A stretch of 64,000 bases of DNA from a virus (IMGVR_UViG_3300030430_003122:1-64000), one strand, 5' to 3'. Counted from the first letter of the stretch, positions 20,368 to 30,603 are shown. Program-made: numbers and translations. The notes: a model not told the origin generated them from the letters alone.

Positions 20368-20911
20368 GTTAAGAAGCGGTGATAGTGTTGTCGCAGAGTT
20401 AGTAGAAAACTCTAAATCTCATATTAAAATAGATCGACCAATGGAGATTAAATATATGCACTTCATTGACGCACTAGGACGAAAGCATGAAACTCTTATC
20501 CTTGTTGATTGGTTGAAGTCCACCACAGTGAACGCCGTTAAACTTGAAAAAGATTTTATCTTGGGTATTTTTACTCCAAGTCCAGATGTCATTCAAACAT
20601 ATGATCAACAAAAAAATCTTGATGATAACGGAGGAAAGATTCCGGCGAGTAATGCCTTTGGTCTTTTTTCACAAAAAGACAAAGAGGGGTTAGATCGAAT
20701 GCTTAGAAATATTGAAAACGAGTTCAAAAACATTGATCCTAAAGATATTGAAGATATGATCAAAGAACAACTTGAAGAAGAACAAGAAGAATTAATAGAA
20801 AATATCATAGAAGAAAAAACACAAGAAAGACTTATAGTTGATGAGGACAATCCAAACTATGGGACTAGTTATATTGACTGGTCACCAAATCCAGAAGATT
20901 ATCTTTCTTAA
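20342..20911 (+). CDS. Conserved hypothetical protein (uvsW-gp55 interval, possible Sm-like N-terminus)
   Basis: KVLKLRSGDSVVAE N-terminus, acidic tail; typical position in T4-like phages. Confidence 0.7.
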   Translation: MAKNYKVLKLRSGDSVVAELVENSKSHIKIDRPMEIKYMHFIDALGRKHETLILVDWLKSTTVNAVKLEKDFILGIFTPSPDVIQTYDQQKNLDDNGGKIPASNAFGLFSQKDKEGLDRMLRNIENEFKNIDPKDIEDMIKEQLEEEQEELIENIIEEKTQERLIVDEDNPNYGTSYIDWSPNPEDYLS

Positions 20912-20915
20912 TCCC

Positions 20916-20943
20916 TTTACATTCTAGTTGTATGTGATATACT
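20916..20943 (+). promoter_or_regulatory. Sigma70-like promoter for gp55 operon
   Basis: TTTACA-16-TATACT, intergenic. Confidence 0.55.
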
Positions 20944-20964
20944 TAAACAAAGAAAAGGCATAAC

Positions 20965-21510
20965 ATGAGTAAAGAAGATAGTCATTATGTTGACAACCAA
21001 AAATTTCTACAAGCGATGTCTGAGTGGAAAGAGGAAGTCAAAAAAGCAGAAAACTCTGGCGAAGATAAACCACCGGTCACCGAGTATATCGGTGAGTGTT
21101 TTCTGCTTATAGCAGAACGTCTGTCTCTACGAGCAAACTTTATCAATTATCCATATAGGGAAGAAATGGTAGGGGACGCTATTGAAAATTGTCTGATGTA
21201 CGCAAGTAATTTTGATCCTGAGAAATCAAAAAATCCATTTTCATATTTTACACAAATCATCTATTATGCCTTCCTTCGTCGAATCCAAAAAGAGAAAAAG
21301 CAAAACTATATCAAGTATCGAATTGTAGAGTCTGCTGATCACATGGGTGATATTGCCCGTTTTCTCGATCCGGAAAAGACAAGAGGTAACCCATACGCAG
21401 AATTTTTCAAACTTACATCAAAAGATATAGATAACTTCTCTCCTAAAAAGAAGAAGTCCTCTAAAAAGAAAAAGACTGACGGAGATGATAAATGCGAATC
21501 GCTATTTTAA
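20965..21510 (+). CDS. gp55: Late-transcription sigma factor gp55
   Basis: HYVDNQKF, YIGECFLLIA, NPFSYFTQIIYYAFLRRIQKEKKQ. Confidence 0.97.
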   Translation: MSKEDSHYVDNQKFLQAMSEWKEEVKKAENSGEDKPPVTEYIGECFLLIAERLSLRANFINYPYREEMVGDAIENCLMYASNFDPEKSKNPFSYFTQIIYYAFLRRIQKEKKQNYIKYRIVESADHMGDIARFLDPEKTRGNPYAEFFKLTSKDIDNFSPKKKKSSKKKKTDGDDKCESLF

Positions 21511-22538
21511 CAGATACCCACTTTGGTGCGAGAAATGACTCGCAACAGTTCTTAGATTATTTTCTTGGTTTTATTGAGAATCAATTTTTACCAGAGTGTG
21601 AAAAACAAAACATAGACACTGTGTTGCACTTGGGAGATCTTATGGATCGTCGCAAGTTTGTTAACTTTAATACACTCAATCAGGTCAGAGAACGTTTTAT
21701 CGAAAGACTTCAAGAACGTAACATGAAAATGTATTGCCTAATTGGCAATCACGACACATATTATAAAAATACAAATCAAGTAAACTCACTTACTGAATTG
21801 TTTGGTGAGAGGTATGATTGTTTTATCCCTATTGATGAACCCACGGACATATGTCTCGGTGGAAAAACATTTGGTATGGTCCCTTGGATAAACAAAGAAA
21901 ATAAAGAGCAATGTGATAATTTCTTAAAAGATAGTAAAGCAGATATCATGTGTGGTCACTTTGAACTCTCTGGTTATGAGGTTCTTCGTGGTGTTAAGTT
22001 TGACGGTGGGATGAGCGACAACCTGTTGAAAAGATTTGATGAGGTTTGGTCTGGCCATTTTCATATGAAACATTATAAGAATAATGTCCGGTACATGGGA
22101 ACCCCGTATCAAATCACATTTTCTGATCTATATGAGTCTAAAGGGTTTTATATTTATGACACCGATTCTGGTGACTTAGAGTTCATAGAAAACCCAGAAA
22201 AAATGTTCCTACATATTAATTATAAAGACAACACCGATATAGATGATCTGTCTGAGTATGAAAATAAGTTTATCAAAGTTTTTGTTGATGAGAAAAAGAG
22301 TCAAACTAAGTTTGATACATTCATAGACAATCTTTATGACGCAAAAGTTGGTAGCGTCACTATCGTAGAGAATGAAGAGTCGTTAGTCGAGGACACTGAT
22401 GTTGCAGATATGTCACTAGATACATTGTCTTTAATTTACAAAGAGGCGGAGGACTTTTACTCCACTATTGAAGGCGTGAATACAGCAAGACTAAAAAGAC
22501 TCATTCAAGAAATATACATGGAGGCAATATCACAATGA
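21492..22538 (+). CDS. gp47: Recombination nuclease gp47 (Mre11-like)
   Basis: TDTHFG, LGDLMDRRK, GNHD, SGHFH metallophosphoesterase motifs. Confidence 0.97.
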   Translation: MRIAILTDTHFGARNDSQQFLDYFLGFIENQFLPECEKQNIDTVLHLGDLMDRRKFVNFNTLNQVRERFIERLQERNMKMYCLIGNHDTYYKNTNQVNSLTELFGERYDCFIPIDEPTDICLGGKTFGMVPWINKENKEQCDNFLKDSKADIMCGHFELSGYEVLRGVKFDGGMSDNLLKRFDEVWSGHFHMKHYKNNVRYMGTPYQITFSDLYESKGFYIYDTDSGDLEFIENPEKMFLHINYKDNTDIDDLSEYENKFIKVFVDEKKSQTKFDTFIDNLYDAKVGSVTIVENEESLVEDTDVADMSLDTLSLIYKEAEDFYSTIEGVNTARLKRLIQEIYMEAISQ

Positions 22539-22783
22539 GTGAAGAAGAATCAGAGGGTCTAGGAGACACCGTAGAAAAAATTATCACTAAAATAGGTGAT
22601 GTAACAAAAATCGAATGGATTAGAAAAAAGAAAGGTTGCTCTGGTTGTCGTAAAAGACAAAGGATGCTAAACAACGCCTTTCCATATAAGAAGAAAGAGG
22701 AAAAAAGTGAAGGCGGTTGCCCTGACTGCGATAAAAAGAAAAAGAAGGGCGGAGGCGGTTGTAAGGGTTGCGGAAATAAATGA
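22535..22783 (+). CDS. Small Lys/Cys-rich protein with three CxxC
   Basis: ATGA overlaps at both ends; GLGDTVEK..CSGC..CPDC..CKGC. Confidence 0.75.
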   Translation: MSEEESEGLGDTVEKIITKIGDVTKIEWIRKKKGCSGCRKRQRMLNNAFPYKKKEEKSEGGCPDCDKKKKKGGGGCKGCGNK

Positions 22784-24504
22784 TTAGATTTCATAAAGTG
22801 AGATTCAGGAACTTTGGTTCCTTTGGTAATAATGGAACTGAAATCCACTTAGACAGACACAAGACCACTTTGGTCTCTGGGATGAATGGGCATGGTAAAT
22901 CATTTGCTTTGCTTGATTCTATTACATTTGCTCTGTTCGGTAAACCATTCAGAAAGATTAACATCCCACAACTAGTAAATTCTATTAATGAAAAAGATTG
23001 TTACGTTGAGGTTCATTTCTCCGTTGGTGAAGATGATTACGTTGTTCATCGAGGGGTCAAACCAAAGGTATTTGAAATTTATAAAAATAAAGAATTGATT
23101 GATCAAAATGCGAAAGCGAAGGACTATCAGAAAATGCTTGAGGAGAACATCCTCAAGATGAACTATAAGTCTTTTACTCAAGTTGTGATTCTCGGTAGTT
23201 CCTCCTTTGTTCCATTCATGCAGTTGTCCGCTGCTGATCGAAGAGAGGTCATTGAGGATGTTCTGGATATTCAAGTATTTTCCGACATGAATACTGTCCT
23301 TAAAACAAGAGTCTCTCTTAAGAAAGAAGAAATTAAAGATCTTGAAACTAGAGCAGAACTTCTCAAGTCTAAAATCTCTATGTTAGAGAGTCATATTGCC
23401 TCCTTAAAAGAACAAGATGACAGTAAGGTGTCTTCGCTTACAGAAGAACTTGAACTCACAGAATCAACCATTGAATCGTATGAAAAGAACGTGGACGCAC
23501 TGCTTGAAGAGCAGTCAGATCTTATCAATAAAACAGGAAAAGTTGATAAAGTAAAATCCGATCTATCAAAGTATGAAAATATGAGGAAGATCATTCAACA
23601 AACACATGATAAGAATGTGAAGAAGATCGAAGACATGGAGAAGATGGATCAGTGTCCGACTTGCACACAAAGTGTTCCGGAAGTTGTCAAGACAGAACTA
23701 ATTAATAAATTTGAAACAAAGCGGGAAGAATTATCCAATGGTCTTGATGACATCGCCACGCAGATTCAAGAGAAGAACGAAGCACTCGACGAATTGAGAG
23801 AATACTCCGCTAGAGCGAAAGAGGTTCATGATCAAATTGTGAAGAAGCGAAGTGAAGTAGAATCGAGTAAAAAGTATTCGACTAAACTAAGAAAAGAAAT
23901 CGCAGACATCCAGAAGAAGACCAGTGAAACAGATCAAACTGAAAACGCCACCACTTTGAAGAAATATAAAAAGGAGATGGCGGATACCAGAGATGAGAAG
24001 GTTCAACTCAAGGAAGACGCTGTTCTTCTTGGTGCGGTTGGTAATCTTTTAAAGGACACTGGAATTAAATCTAAGATCATCCGACATTACCTACCGGTCA
24101 TGAACAAACTAATCAATAAGTATCTAACCGACATGGGATTCTTCGCACAGTTTACTTTGGATGAAAACTTTAACGAAACAATCAAGAGCAGACATAGAGA
24201 TCAATTTAGTTACATGTCCTTTTCAGAGGGAGAAAAAATGAGAATAGATCTTGCCCTGCTCCTTGCTTGGAGAGAGATTGCTCGTCTCAAAAACAGTGCA
24301 AATACTAATCTACTCATTCTAGACGAGGTATTCGACTCTTCACTGGATACGGTTGGAACGGATGAGTTCTTGAAGTTAATGAGTGTTCTCAGTGCAAACA
24401 CGAATGTGTTTGTGATCAGTCACAAGTCCGATCAACTTGTAGATAAATTTGATAATCAGATTACCTTCGTGAAGAAGGGTAACTTTAGTAAACTCACTGG
24501 ATAA
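22780..24504 (+). CDS. gp46: Recombination ATPase gp46 (Rad50-like)
   Basis: NGHGKS Walker A, CPTC zinc hook, FSEGEKMRIDL, LILDEVFD. Confidence 0.97.
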   Translation: MIRFHKVRFRNFGSFGNNGTEIHLDRHKTTLVSGMNGHGKSFALLDSITFALFGKPFRKINIPQLVNSINEKDCYVEVHFSVGEDDYVVHRGVKPKVFEIYKNKELIDQNAKAKDYQKMLEENILKMNYKSFTQVVILGSSSFVPFMQLSAADRREVIEDVLDIQVFSDMNTVLKTRVSLKKEEIKDLETRAELLKSKISMLESHIASLKEQDDSKVSSLTEELELTESTIESYEKNVDALLEEQSDLINKTGKVDKVKSDLSKYENMRKIIQQTHDKNVKKIEDMEKMDQCPTCTQSVPEVVKTELINKFETKREELSNGLDDIATQIQEKNEALDELREYSARAKEVHDQIVKKRSEVESSKKYSTKLRKEIADIQKKTSETDQTENATTLKKYKKEMADTRDEKVQLKEDAVLLGAVGNLLKDTGIKSKIIRHYLPVMNKLINKYLTDMGFFAQFTLDENFNETIKSRHRDQFSYMSFSEGEKMRIDLALLLAWREIARLKNSANTNLLILDEVFDSSLDTVGTDEFLKLMSVLSANTNVFVISHKSDQLVDKFDNQITFVKKGNFSKLTG

Positions 24505-25304
24505 TGCAAGAAGGTCAAAAATCAAAATCGTTGCTCCGCTATCCCGGCGGAAAGTCATATGCCATCAGTGCGTTGATGCCATACTTCCCAGACGATATCA
24601 CTGAGATGGTTTCGCCATTTTTTGGTGGTGGATCTTTAGAGTGGCATCTCGCATCTAATGGTATCAATGTTTATGGGTATGATATTTTTGAACCATTGGT
24701 AAACTTCTGGCAACATGTTCTTAATCATAAAGAAGAATTACACGCACGGATTCTAGAGTTTCCGATTCCTCTGCCCAAGGAGGAATTTTATCGTATGCAA
24801 AAAGAATATGATAAATTAGAGAGTCCACTGGAGCAAGCAGCACATTTTTATGTTCTGAACCGAACCAGTTTCTCTGGAACTACTTTCTCCGGGGGCATGT
24901 CTCCCTCTCAGAAAAACTGGAACCCAAGATGTATAGAAAAGTTAAAGAATTTTTCACTAGGTGGACTTTTTGGGTCTGGCGGCACGGTGACAGTTGAGTG
25001 CCTAGACTTTAATGAATCTATGGAAAAGCATAAAAATCTTTTTGCCTATATGGATCCACCGTATCTTTTAGAGAACTCAACACTCTACGGTGACCGAGGT
25101 AGCACCCATAAAGATTTTGATCATTTGCAATTTTACAATAAGGTAAAAGATATGACTGGAAAGTGGGCGATCTCGTACAACGATCATCCCGAACTGATGG
25201 AACTCTATAAAGACTACAATATCCATACCCCAACATGGAGATATTCTATGAAATCAAAGGGTGGGTGCAAAGAGTCCTACGAAATATTGATTACCAATTA
25301 CTGA
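24504..25304 (+). CDS. dam: DNA adenine methyltransferase (Dam/D12 family)
   Basis: LRYPGGKS, PFFGGGS, DPPY, ISYND, EILITNY; GATC specificity not proven. Confidence 0.88.
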   Translation: MQEGQKSKSLLRYPGGKSYAISALMPYFPDDITEMVSPFFGGGSLEWHLASNGINVYGYDIFEPLVNFWQHVLNHKEELHARILEFPIPLPKEEFYRMQKEYDKLESPLEQAAHFYVLNRTSFSGTTFSGGMSPSQKNWNPRCIEKLKNFSLGGLFGSGGTVTVECLDFNESMEKHKNLFAYMDPPYLLENSTLYGDRGSTHKDFDHLQFYNKVKDMTGKWAISYNDHPELMELYKDYNIHTPTWRYSMKSKGGCKESYEILITNY

Positions 25305-25317
25305 TTCAGTTTAGCAC

Positions 25318-25346
25318 TTGACAGTTGATCGACTGTGGGGTATACT
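25318..25346 (+). promoter_or_regulatory. Sigma70 promoter for the denV-like gene, probably leaderless
   Basis: TTGACA-17-TATACT; ATG at 25353. Confidence 0.7.
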
Positions 25347-25352
25347 ACTTGT

Positions 25353-25820
25353 ATGAACATCTTCGTATTAGATAAAAATCCATATGAAGCAGCACGACAG
25401 GCGTGTGATAAGCATGTCGTAAAAATGATTTTAGAGTCTGCTCAAATGCTATGTGCCGTGCATCCGGAAGGAGTGGCACCATATAAGCGTTCTTTTTATA
25501 ATCATCCATGCACGAAATGGGTTCGTGAAACTGACAAAAACTACGACTGGTTGGTAAACCATGCACTCGGTTTGTGTGCAGAGTATACTCGTCGGTATGG
25601 AAAAACACACAAGTCGGAGGAAGTTATCCAGTGGTGTAGATGTAACCGACCATACCTCCCCCTCGGCGAACTTACTAAGCACCCCACATGTATGCCTGAT
25701 AAGTATAAGGTAGACTGTGTAGTAAAGTCTTATCAAAATTACTATAATGGTGAGAAAGCATATTTCGCCAAGTGGAAAGACGGACCAGTCCCCTCTTGGT
25801 TTACAGGAGTATTTGTATGA
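25353..25820 (+). CDS. denV: Pyrimidine-dimer DNA glycosylase / endonuclease V family protein
   Basis: MNIFVLD, CDKHVVKMILESAQML, NHPCTKW, EYTRRYGKTH. Confidence 0.8.
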   Translation: MNIFVLDKNPYEAARQACDKHVVKMILESAQMLCAVHPEGVAPYKRSFYNHPCTKWVRETDKNYDWLVNHALGLCAEYTRRYGKTHKSEEVIQWCRCNRPYLPLGELTKHPTCMPDKYKVDCVVKSYQNYYNGEKAYFAKWKDGPVPSWFTGVFV

Positions 25821-26806
25821 AACATGAAACAGTGTTGGTCACTGGTGGTGCAGGGTATATTGGTTCACATGCTGTTATGTCCTTACTATCATCAGGAAGA
25901 AAAGTAATAGTCATTGATAGAGATAAAGATTCTTGTGAAAATCTAAGAAAGATATTCTCTAGAAGAAAGAACAAACCCATCATTCATTGTTGTGATATCG
26001 ACAACGACGTTTGGGTCGATGGCATTCTACAAAACGAAAAACCAACGGCAGTCATGCACTTTGCTGCGAACATCTCGGTTCCAGAGTCGGTGATGAATCC
26101 TCTAAAGTATTTTGAAAATAATACAGCAAAGACAATAAAGTTTTTAAGTAAACTACATCGAAACGGTATCCATCGTTTTATTTTTTCAAGCACTGCTGCC
26201 GTTTATGGTTCGCCTACAGGCGAAGGTAGTATTGTAGAAACCACGCCGTGTCAACCAATCAACGCTTATGGCAATTCTAAACTAATGACTGAGTTTGTCT
26301 TGAAGCAAATGTCAAAGGCGATTCCCGCTTTCACATACACATCATTTCGATATTTTAATGTAGCAGGTTCTCATATTTCTGGTAGGGTAACAGATCCTAA
26401 GTGGAAAGAAAAAGAAAATGTGTTTCCTCGTTTCATGTCTGGTATCATGAATAATAATGGTAGAATTTATGTTTATGGAACCGACTATCCCACACAGGAC
26501 GGAACCTGTGTCCGTGATTATATTCATCCAGAGGACATTGTTTCCGCACACATGATTGCACTTGATAATGATATCGATGGTGTTTATAACCTTGGTTCAG
26601 GAACCGGACACTCCGTTTGGAATATTGTAGAAAGTTTTGTTTCTGTTACAGGCAGAGAACTTGATGTGATACATAAACCACGAAGGACAGGTGATCCTGC
26701 ATTACTAATTGCTGACTCAACTAGGTTCAGAAGTCTGACTGGTTGGGAACCAACATATACATTGAAAGACATGGTTGCTACAGCATGGAAGACTTACGGT
26801 GAATAA
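25817..26806 (+). CDS. galE: UDP-glucose 4-epimerase
   Basis: GGAGYIGSH, HFAA, SSTAAVYG, YGNSK, RYFNVAG, DGTCVRDYIH. Confidence 0.9.
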   Translation: MKHETVLVTGGAGYIGSHAVMSLLSSGRKVIVIDRDKDSCENLRKIFSRRKNKPIIHCCDIDNDVWVDGILQNEKPTAVMHFAANISVPESVMNPLKYFENNTAKTIKFLSKLHRNGIHRFIFSSTAAVYGSPTGEGSIVETTPCQPINAYGNSKLMTEFVLKQMSKAIPAFTYTSFRYFNVAGSHISGRVTDPKWKEKENVFPRFMSGIMNNNGRIYVYGTDYPTQDGTCVRDYIHPEDIVSAHMIALDNDIDGVYNLGSGTGHSVWNIVESFVSVTGRELDVIHKPRRTGDPALLIADSTRFRSLTGWEPTYTLKDMVATAWKTYGE

Positions 26807-27905
26807 AGTGAAAAATCAACAAAAGTATATTGATAGAGCGTATGGAACAGAACCAGAGTGGACTGGGAGTGAGGAAGACTTTGATGCCAATGATATTCTA
26901 AAGTCCATTAACTGGTATGTCACTCGATCTGACAAGAGAAACTATAAGAAGTGGACTCTTGACTGGATGAAGGACAAGAAAAGTTCTTGGACAAAAGAGG
27001 ATCTTGATTTTGCAAAAAGGTCTCCACTCAAAGAATTCAGAACATACGGACACTACTGTCGGATGCTTTCTCGCGGATTCCCGCAAGTACCGGAACTAAC
27101 GACAACCGTAGATGAGCATATCAAAAGATTGATCGCACTTGGTAAGACTAAAAAAGAGTCCACCAAGGATAAGGTTGTTATTTCTCCGAAAGAAAGAATG
27201 GAAAATCAAGTTACTGAACTTGCAGGTGAACTCATGCAAATTTGTGACGATGCCAACCAGTCTATTATGAATAAAACCGATGACCACAAAAAGGTAAAAA
27301 TTTATCAATGGTTGAAGGGAAAGCAGGTTGGATACAAGCAGGCGGAGATGCTCGCACTTGTTTTTTCACCAGCGTTAGCAGAACTTGACGAGTTGGTTAA
27401 GGGAGAAGATAAGCAACTCATGGAGGGATATTCTTACCTTGGCAAAAGACAACAAAAGAACCTTCACAAGTTTATGGGTGATCTTGTCTCGGACTGTCTT
27501 AGATACCACGGAGACAACAAGACCGTTCGTAAGAAGAGAAAGACCGATCCAAAGAAGGTTGTTGCAAAGGTACAATACGAAAAGCAATCAAAAGAGTTTG
27601 GAATTAAAAGTGTTGATCCCATTAACATATTAGATTCTACAAAAGTCGTTGTTTATAATACCAAGTATAACACTCTTAGTGTATACTATGCATGTGCAGG
27701 ACAAACTCTCTCGATCAAGGGAACGACCATTCAGAACTTTGATGAGGACAAGTCCGAGTCTCGAACCATCAAGCGACCAAAGGATGTCATCAAGACAATT
27801 AAAAATCAATCCTCACTTGATAAGGTCTGGAACTCACAGCACAGTATGATTAAGAGTCCGAATGGTAGACTCAATGCAAACACCGTGATTATGAAAGTTT
27901 TTTAA
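26799..27905 (+). CDS. Conserved hypothetical T4-like protein
   Basis: Long Lys-rich ORF upstream of rnh (QLMEGYSYL, SIKGTTIQNFD, PNGRLN); probable GTG start. Confidence 0.7.
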   Translation: MNKVKNQQKYIDRAYGTEPEWTGSEEDFDANDILKSINWYVTRSDKRNYKKWTLDWMKDKKSSWTKEDLDFAKRSPLKEFRTYGHYCRMLSRGFPQVPELTTTVDEHIKRLIALGKTKKESTKDKVVISPKERMENQVTELAGELMQICDDANQSIMNKTDDHKKVKIYQWLKGKQVGYKQAEMLALVFSPALAELDELVKGEDKQLMEGYSYLGKRQQKNLHKFMGDLVSDCLRYHGDNKTVRKKRKTDPKKVVAKVQYEKQSKEFGIKSVDPINILDSTKVVVYNTKYNTLSVYYACAGQTLSIKGTTIQNFDEDKSESRTIKRPKDVIKTIKNQSSLDKVWNSQHSMIKSPNGRLNANTVIMKVF

Positions 27906-28781
27906 ATGATTCTTCTAGATACAAACCAGTTGTTTCTCGCCTCGTATTTTGTTCATCGAAAGTTTAGTGACGAGTTGGACGAGGGGATGTTGAGACATCT
28001 TTTCCTTAACACAATTCGCATGTATCGAAAGCAATTCAAAGACGAATACGGTGAGGTAGTTCTCTGTCTTGAGTCATCGAATGTGTGGAGAAAGGATATT
28101 TTCCCGCACTATAAGGCAAACCGAAAGAAGACAAAGGATGATAGTCACGACTGGGGAACCGTCTTCGGTTACTTTGAAAACTATCTTTCTGAAATCGACG
28201 AGGTATTTCCTTGGATGCAACTTAGAGTCCCCCGTGCGGAGGCAGATGATATCATCGCAGTAGTTTGTCAGCAGTTTCACTGTGATGAAAAGATTATGAT
28301 TTTGTCTAACGACAAGGACTTCATGCAACTGCAAAGATATCCTTCAATTAAGCAATACAGTCCAATCAAGAAAGAGATTCTCGACTGCACTTGTCCCAAG
28401 GACTTCCTTCTCGAACATATTCTTAAGGGAGATGCCTCTGACGGCATTCCTAATATTTTGTCCGAGGATGATACCTTTATTGTCGAAGGTAAGCGGCAGA
28501 AACCAGTCGGCAAAAAGAAAATGATGCAAATGATCGCGGACGGTAAATTGTCCGAAATGGAAAATTGGAATCGTAACCAAACTCTAGTTGACTTTACTTG
28601 TATTCCTGATACACTAAGAGAAGAAATCATCAGAACATACAAGAATGAAAAGAGCAGAAAGGATAACCAAAGGCAAGAAACTAAAATGCGTCCGGGTGCT
28701 GGACTTTATGTTTCTGTGTCGAACTACTTCTTGGAGAAGAAGTTGGAAAACCTAACGGATCTAGTAAGTGATTTCGTATGA
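27906..28781 (+). CDS. rnh: RNase H (T4 rnh, 5'-3' exonuclease family)
   Basis: MILLD, FPHYKANRK, EADDII, SNDKDFMQL, GDASDGIPNI. Confidence 0.93.
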   Translation: MILLDTNQLFLASYFVHRKFSDELDEGMLRHLFLNTIRMYRKQFKDEYGEVVLCLESSNVWRKDIFPHYKANRKKTKDDSHDWGTVFGYFENYLSEIDEVFPWMQLRVPRAEADDIIAVVCQQFHCDEKIMILSNDKDFMQLQRYPSIKQYSPIKKEILDCTCPKDFLLEHILKGDASDGIPNILSEDDTFIVEGKRQKPVGKKKMMQMIADGKLSEMENWNRNQTLVDFTCIPDTLREEIIRTYKNEKSRKDNQRQETKMRPGAGLYVSVSNYFLEKKLENLTDLVSDFV

Positions 28782-28978
28782 AAAAGAAAAAGACTAATCG
28801 TGGTGATAATCAGACCGGTCGTTTTGAAGACCTTGATTATCATGGATATTACAAAAGTGCCAGAAAAAACGAAAAGCGTAAAATAAGGCACGGTAAGAAA
28901 AAGAACATTCGGGATGTTGTCAACGGTGGGTTGACACCCGAAGAGTATGAGGAATATTATGGCGACTATGACCAGTGA
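28778..28978 (+). CDS. Small basic hypothetical protein
   Basis: ATGA overlap with rnh; 66 aa; contains the gp45 promoter. Confidence 0.6.
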   Translation: MKKKKTNRGDNQTGRFEDLDYHGYYKSARKNEKRKIRHGKKKNIRDVVNGGLTPEEYEEYYGDYDQ

Positions 28979-29660
28979 AACTACAATGAAACTTTCAAAA
29001 CAATCAATCGAAATTCTTAAGAACTTTAACACAATAAATTCTAACCTGCATATTGTTCCGGGTCGGGACCAAGTAACTGTTTCACCCATGAAGAATATCA
29101 TGGTGGAAGCAAAGTTTGAAGAGGATTTTCCGGTTGAGTTTGCAATCTGGGATCTAAGTAAGTTCCTCGGGACTCTATCTTTATTCGAGGATCCCTCCCT
29201 CACATTCCACGAAAATCATGTGACGATTTCTAGTGATTCTACTAATGTTGTCTATCACTACGCGGAACCGAAACTAGTCAAGGGTTGTCGTCCGGACAAG
29301 GAGTTTGTGATGCCGGATACCGTGGTTCACTTCGATCTCTCGCAGAGAGAATTTGTTGAACTACAGAGAGCATCCGCTGTTCTTCGTCTTCCTGATTTGT
29401 GTATCACAGACAACGATGGTTCGATTGATATCTTGTCTCTTGATAAGACCGATCCAACCACGAACCGATACTCGATCTCTGTTTCGGATGAAGCACCAGA
29501 CGCTAGTTTTAAGATGTATCTTAAGAGTGAATATCTTAAGTTGCTTCCCGGTGATTATTCTGTTTCGATTTCTGATCGTGTCGTGAGTCGGTTTGAGCAT
29601 TCCGACATTGATGTGACTTACTATATTGCACTGGACTCGGATTCCGTATACAATGGTTGA
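28968..29660 (+). CDS. gp45: Sliding clamp gp45
   Basis: MKLSKQSIEILKNFNTINSN, FAIWDLSKFL, KLLPGDY, YYIALD; start could be 28968 or 28986. Confidence 0.95.
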   Translation: MTSETTMKLSKQSIEILKNFNTINSNLHIVPGRDQVTVSPMKNIMVEAKFEEDFPVEFAIWDLSKFLGTLSLFEDPSLTFHENHVTISSDSTNVVYHYAEPKLVKGCRPDKEFVMPDTVVHFDLSQREFVELQRASAVLRLPDLCITDNDGSIDILSLDKTDPTTNRYSISVSDEAPDASFKMYLKSEYLKLLPGDYSVSISDRVVSRFEHSDIDVTYYIALDSDSVYNG

Positions 29661-29661
29661 T

Positions 29662-30603
29662 ATGAAGACAGAAGAATTCCTTTGGGTTGAGAAGTATCGT
29701 CCCCGAACAGTTGAAGATTGCATTCTGCCAGAGGACTTGAAAAAGTCCTTTGTGCAAATCGTTGAGAGTGGAGAGATGCAGAATCTCTTACTCGCCGGTG
29801 GTCCGGGTTGTGGTAAAACGACTGTTGCCCGTGCGTTGTGTGATGAACTTGGTTGTGATTCTATTGTGATTAACTGCTCGGAGGATGGAAACATCGATAC
29901 ACTCCGAACCAAGATCCGAAACTTTGCAAGCACAGTTTCTTTATCTGATAATAAAAAGGTAGTGATCTTAGATGAGTTTGATTATTCAAACGCACAGTCC
30001 ACGCAACCTGCACTTCGTGGTTTTATCGAAGAGTTCTCAAAGAACTGTCGATTTGTTCTGACTTGTAACTACAAGAATCGAATCATCGAACCACTGCACT
30101 CTCGATGCACTGTTATCGACTTCCGGTTTGATAAGGTAGCAAAGAGCAAGGTCATGCCCGCGTTCATGGAGAGACTCAGTGGTATTCTCCATGCCGAGGG
30201 TGTTGGTTTCGATGAAAGAGTTCTTGCAAAACTTATTACAAGATATGCCCCCGACTGGCGACGAATCCTAAACGAGTGTCAGCGATACTCTGTTGGGGGT
30301 GATATTGATGTTGGTGTCCTTTCCGAGTCCGGTGATGTCAAAGTCAATGAATTAATGAAGCACCTCTCTGCTAAGGACTTCACTAATGTCCGCAAATGGG
30401 TGACTGCAAATATTCACAACGACCAGACTTTGATTTTCCGAAAGATCTATGATTGTCTTTATGATAAGATGCAACCACAGTCGATCCCAAGTGCTGTTCT
30501 GATTCTTGCAGATTATCAATACAAGGCAGCGTTTGTCGCGGATGCAGAGATTAACCTTACGGCATGTCTTACGACTATTATGATGGAGTGTGATTTCAAA
30601 TGA
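29662..30603 (+). CDS. gp44: Clamp loader ATPase gp44
   Basis: FLWVEKYRP, GPGCGKTT, ILDEFD, LHSRC, YQYKAAFVAD. Confidence 0.97.
   Translation: MKTEEFLWVEKYRPRTVEDCILPEDLKKSFVQIVESGEMQNLLLAGGPGCGKTTVARALCDELGCDSIVINCSEDGNIDTLRTKIRNFASTVSLSDNKKVVILDEFDYSNAQSTQPALRGFIEEFSKNCRFVLTCNYKNRIIEPLHSRCTVIDFRFDKVAKSKVMPAFMERLSGILHAEGVGFDERVLAKLITRYAPDWRRILNECQRYSVGGDIDVGVLSESGDVKVNELMKHLSAKDFTNVRKWVTANIHNDQTLIFRKIYDCLYDKMQPQSIPSAVLILADYQYKAAFVADAEINLTACLTTIMMECDFK

Noticed and set aside
25321-25336. E. coli-type LexA box at the denV promoter
   Set aside because: The half-sites are in the opposite orientation (ACAG-N8-CTGT rather than CTGT-N8-ACAG); kept only as a generic operator candidate.
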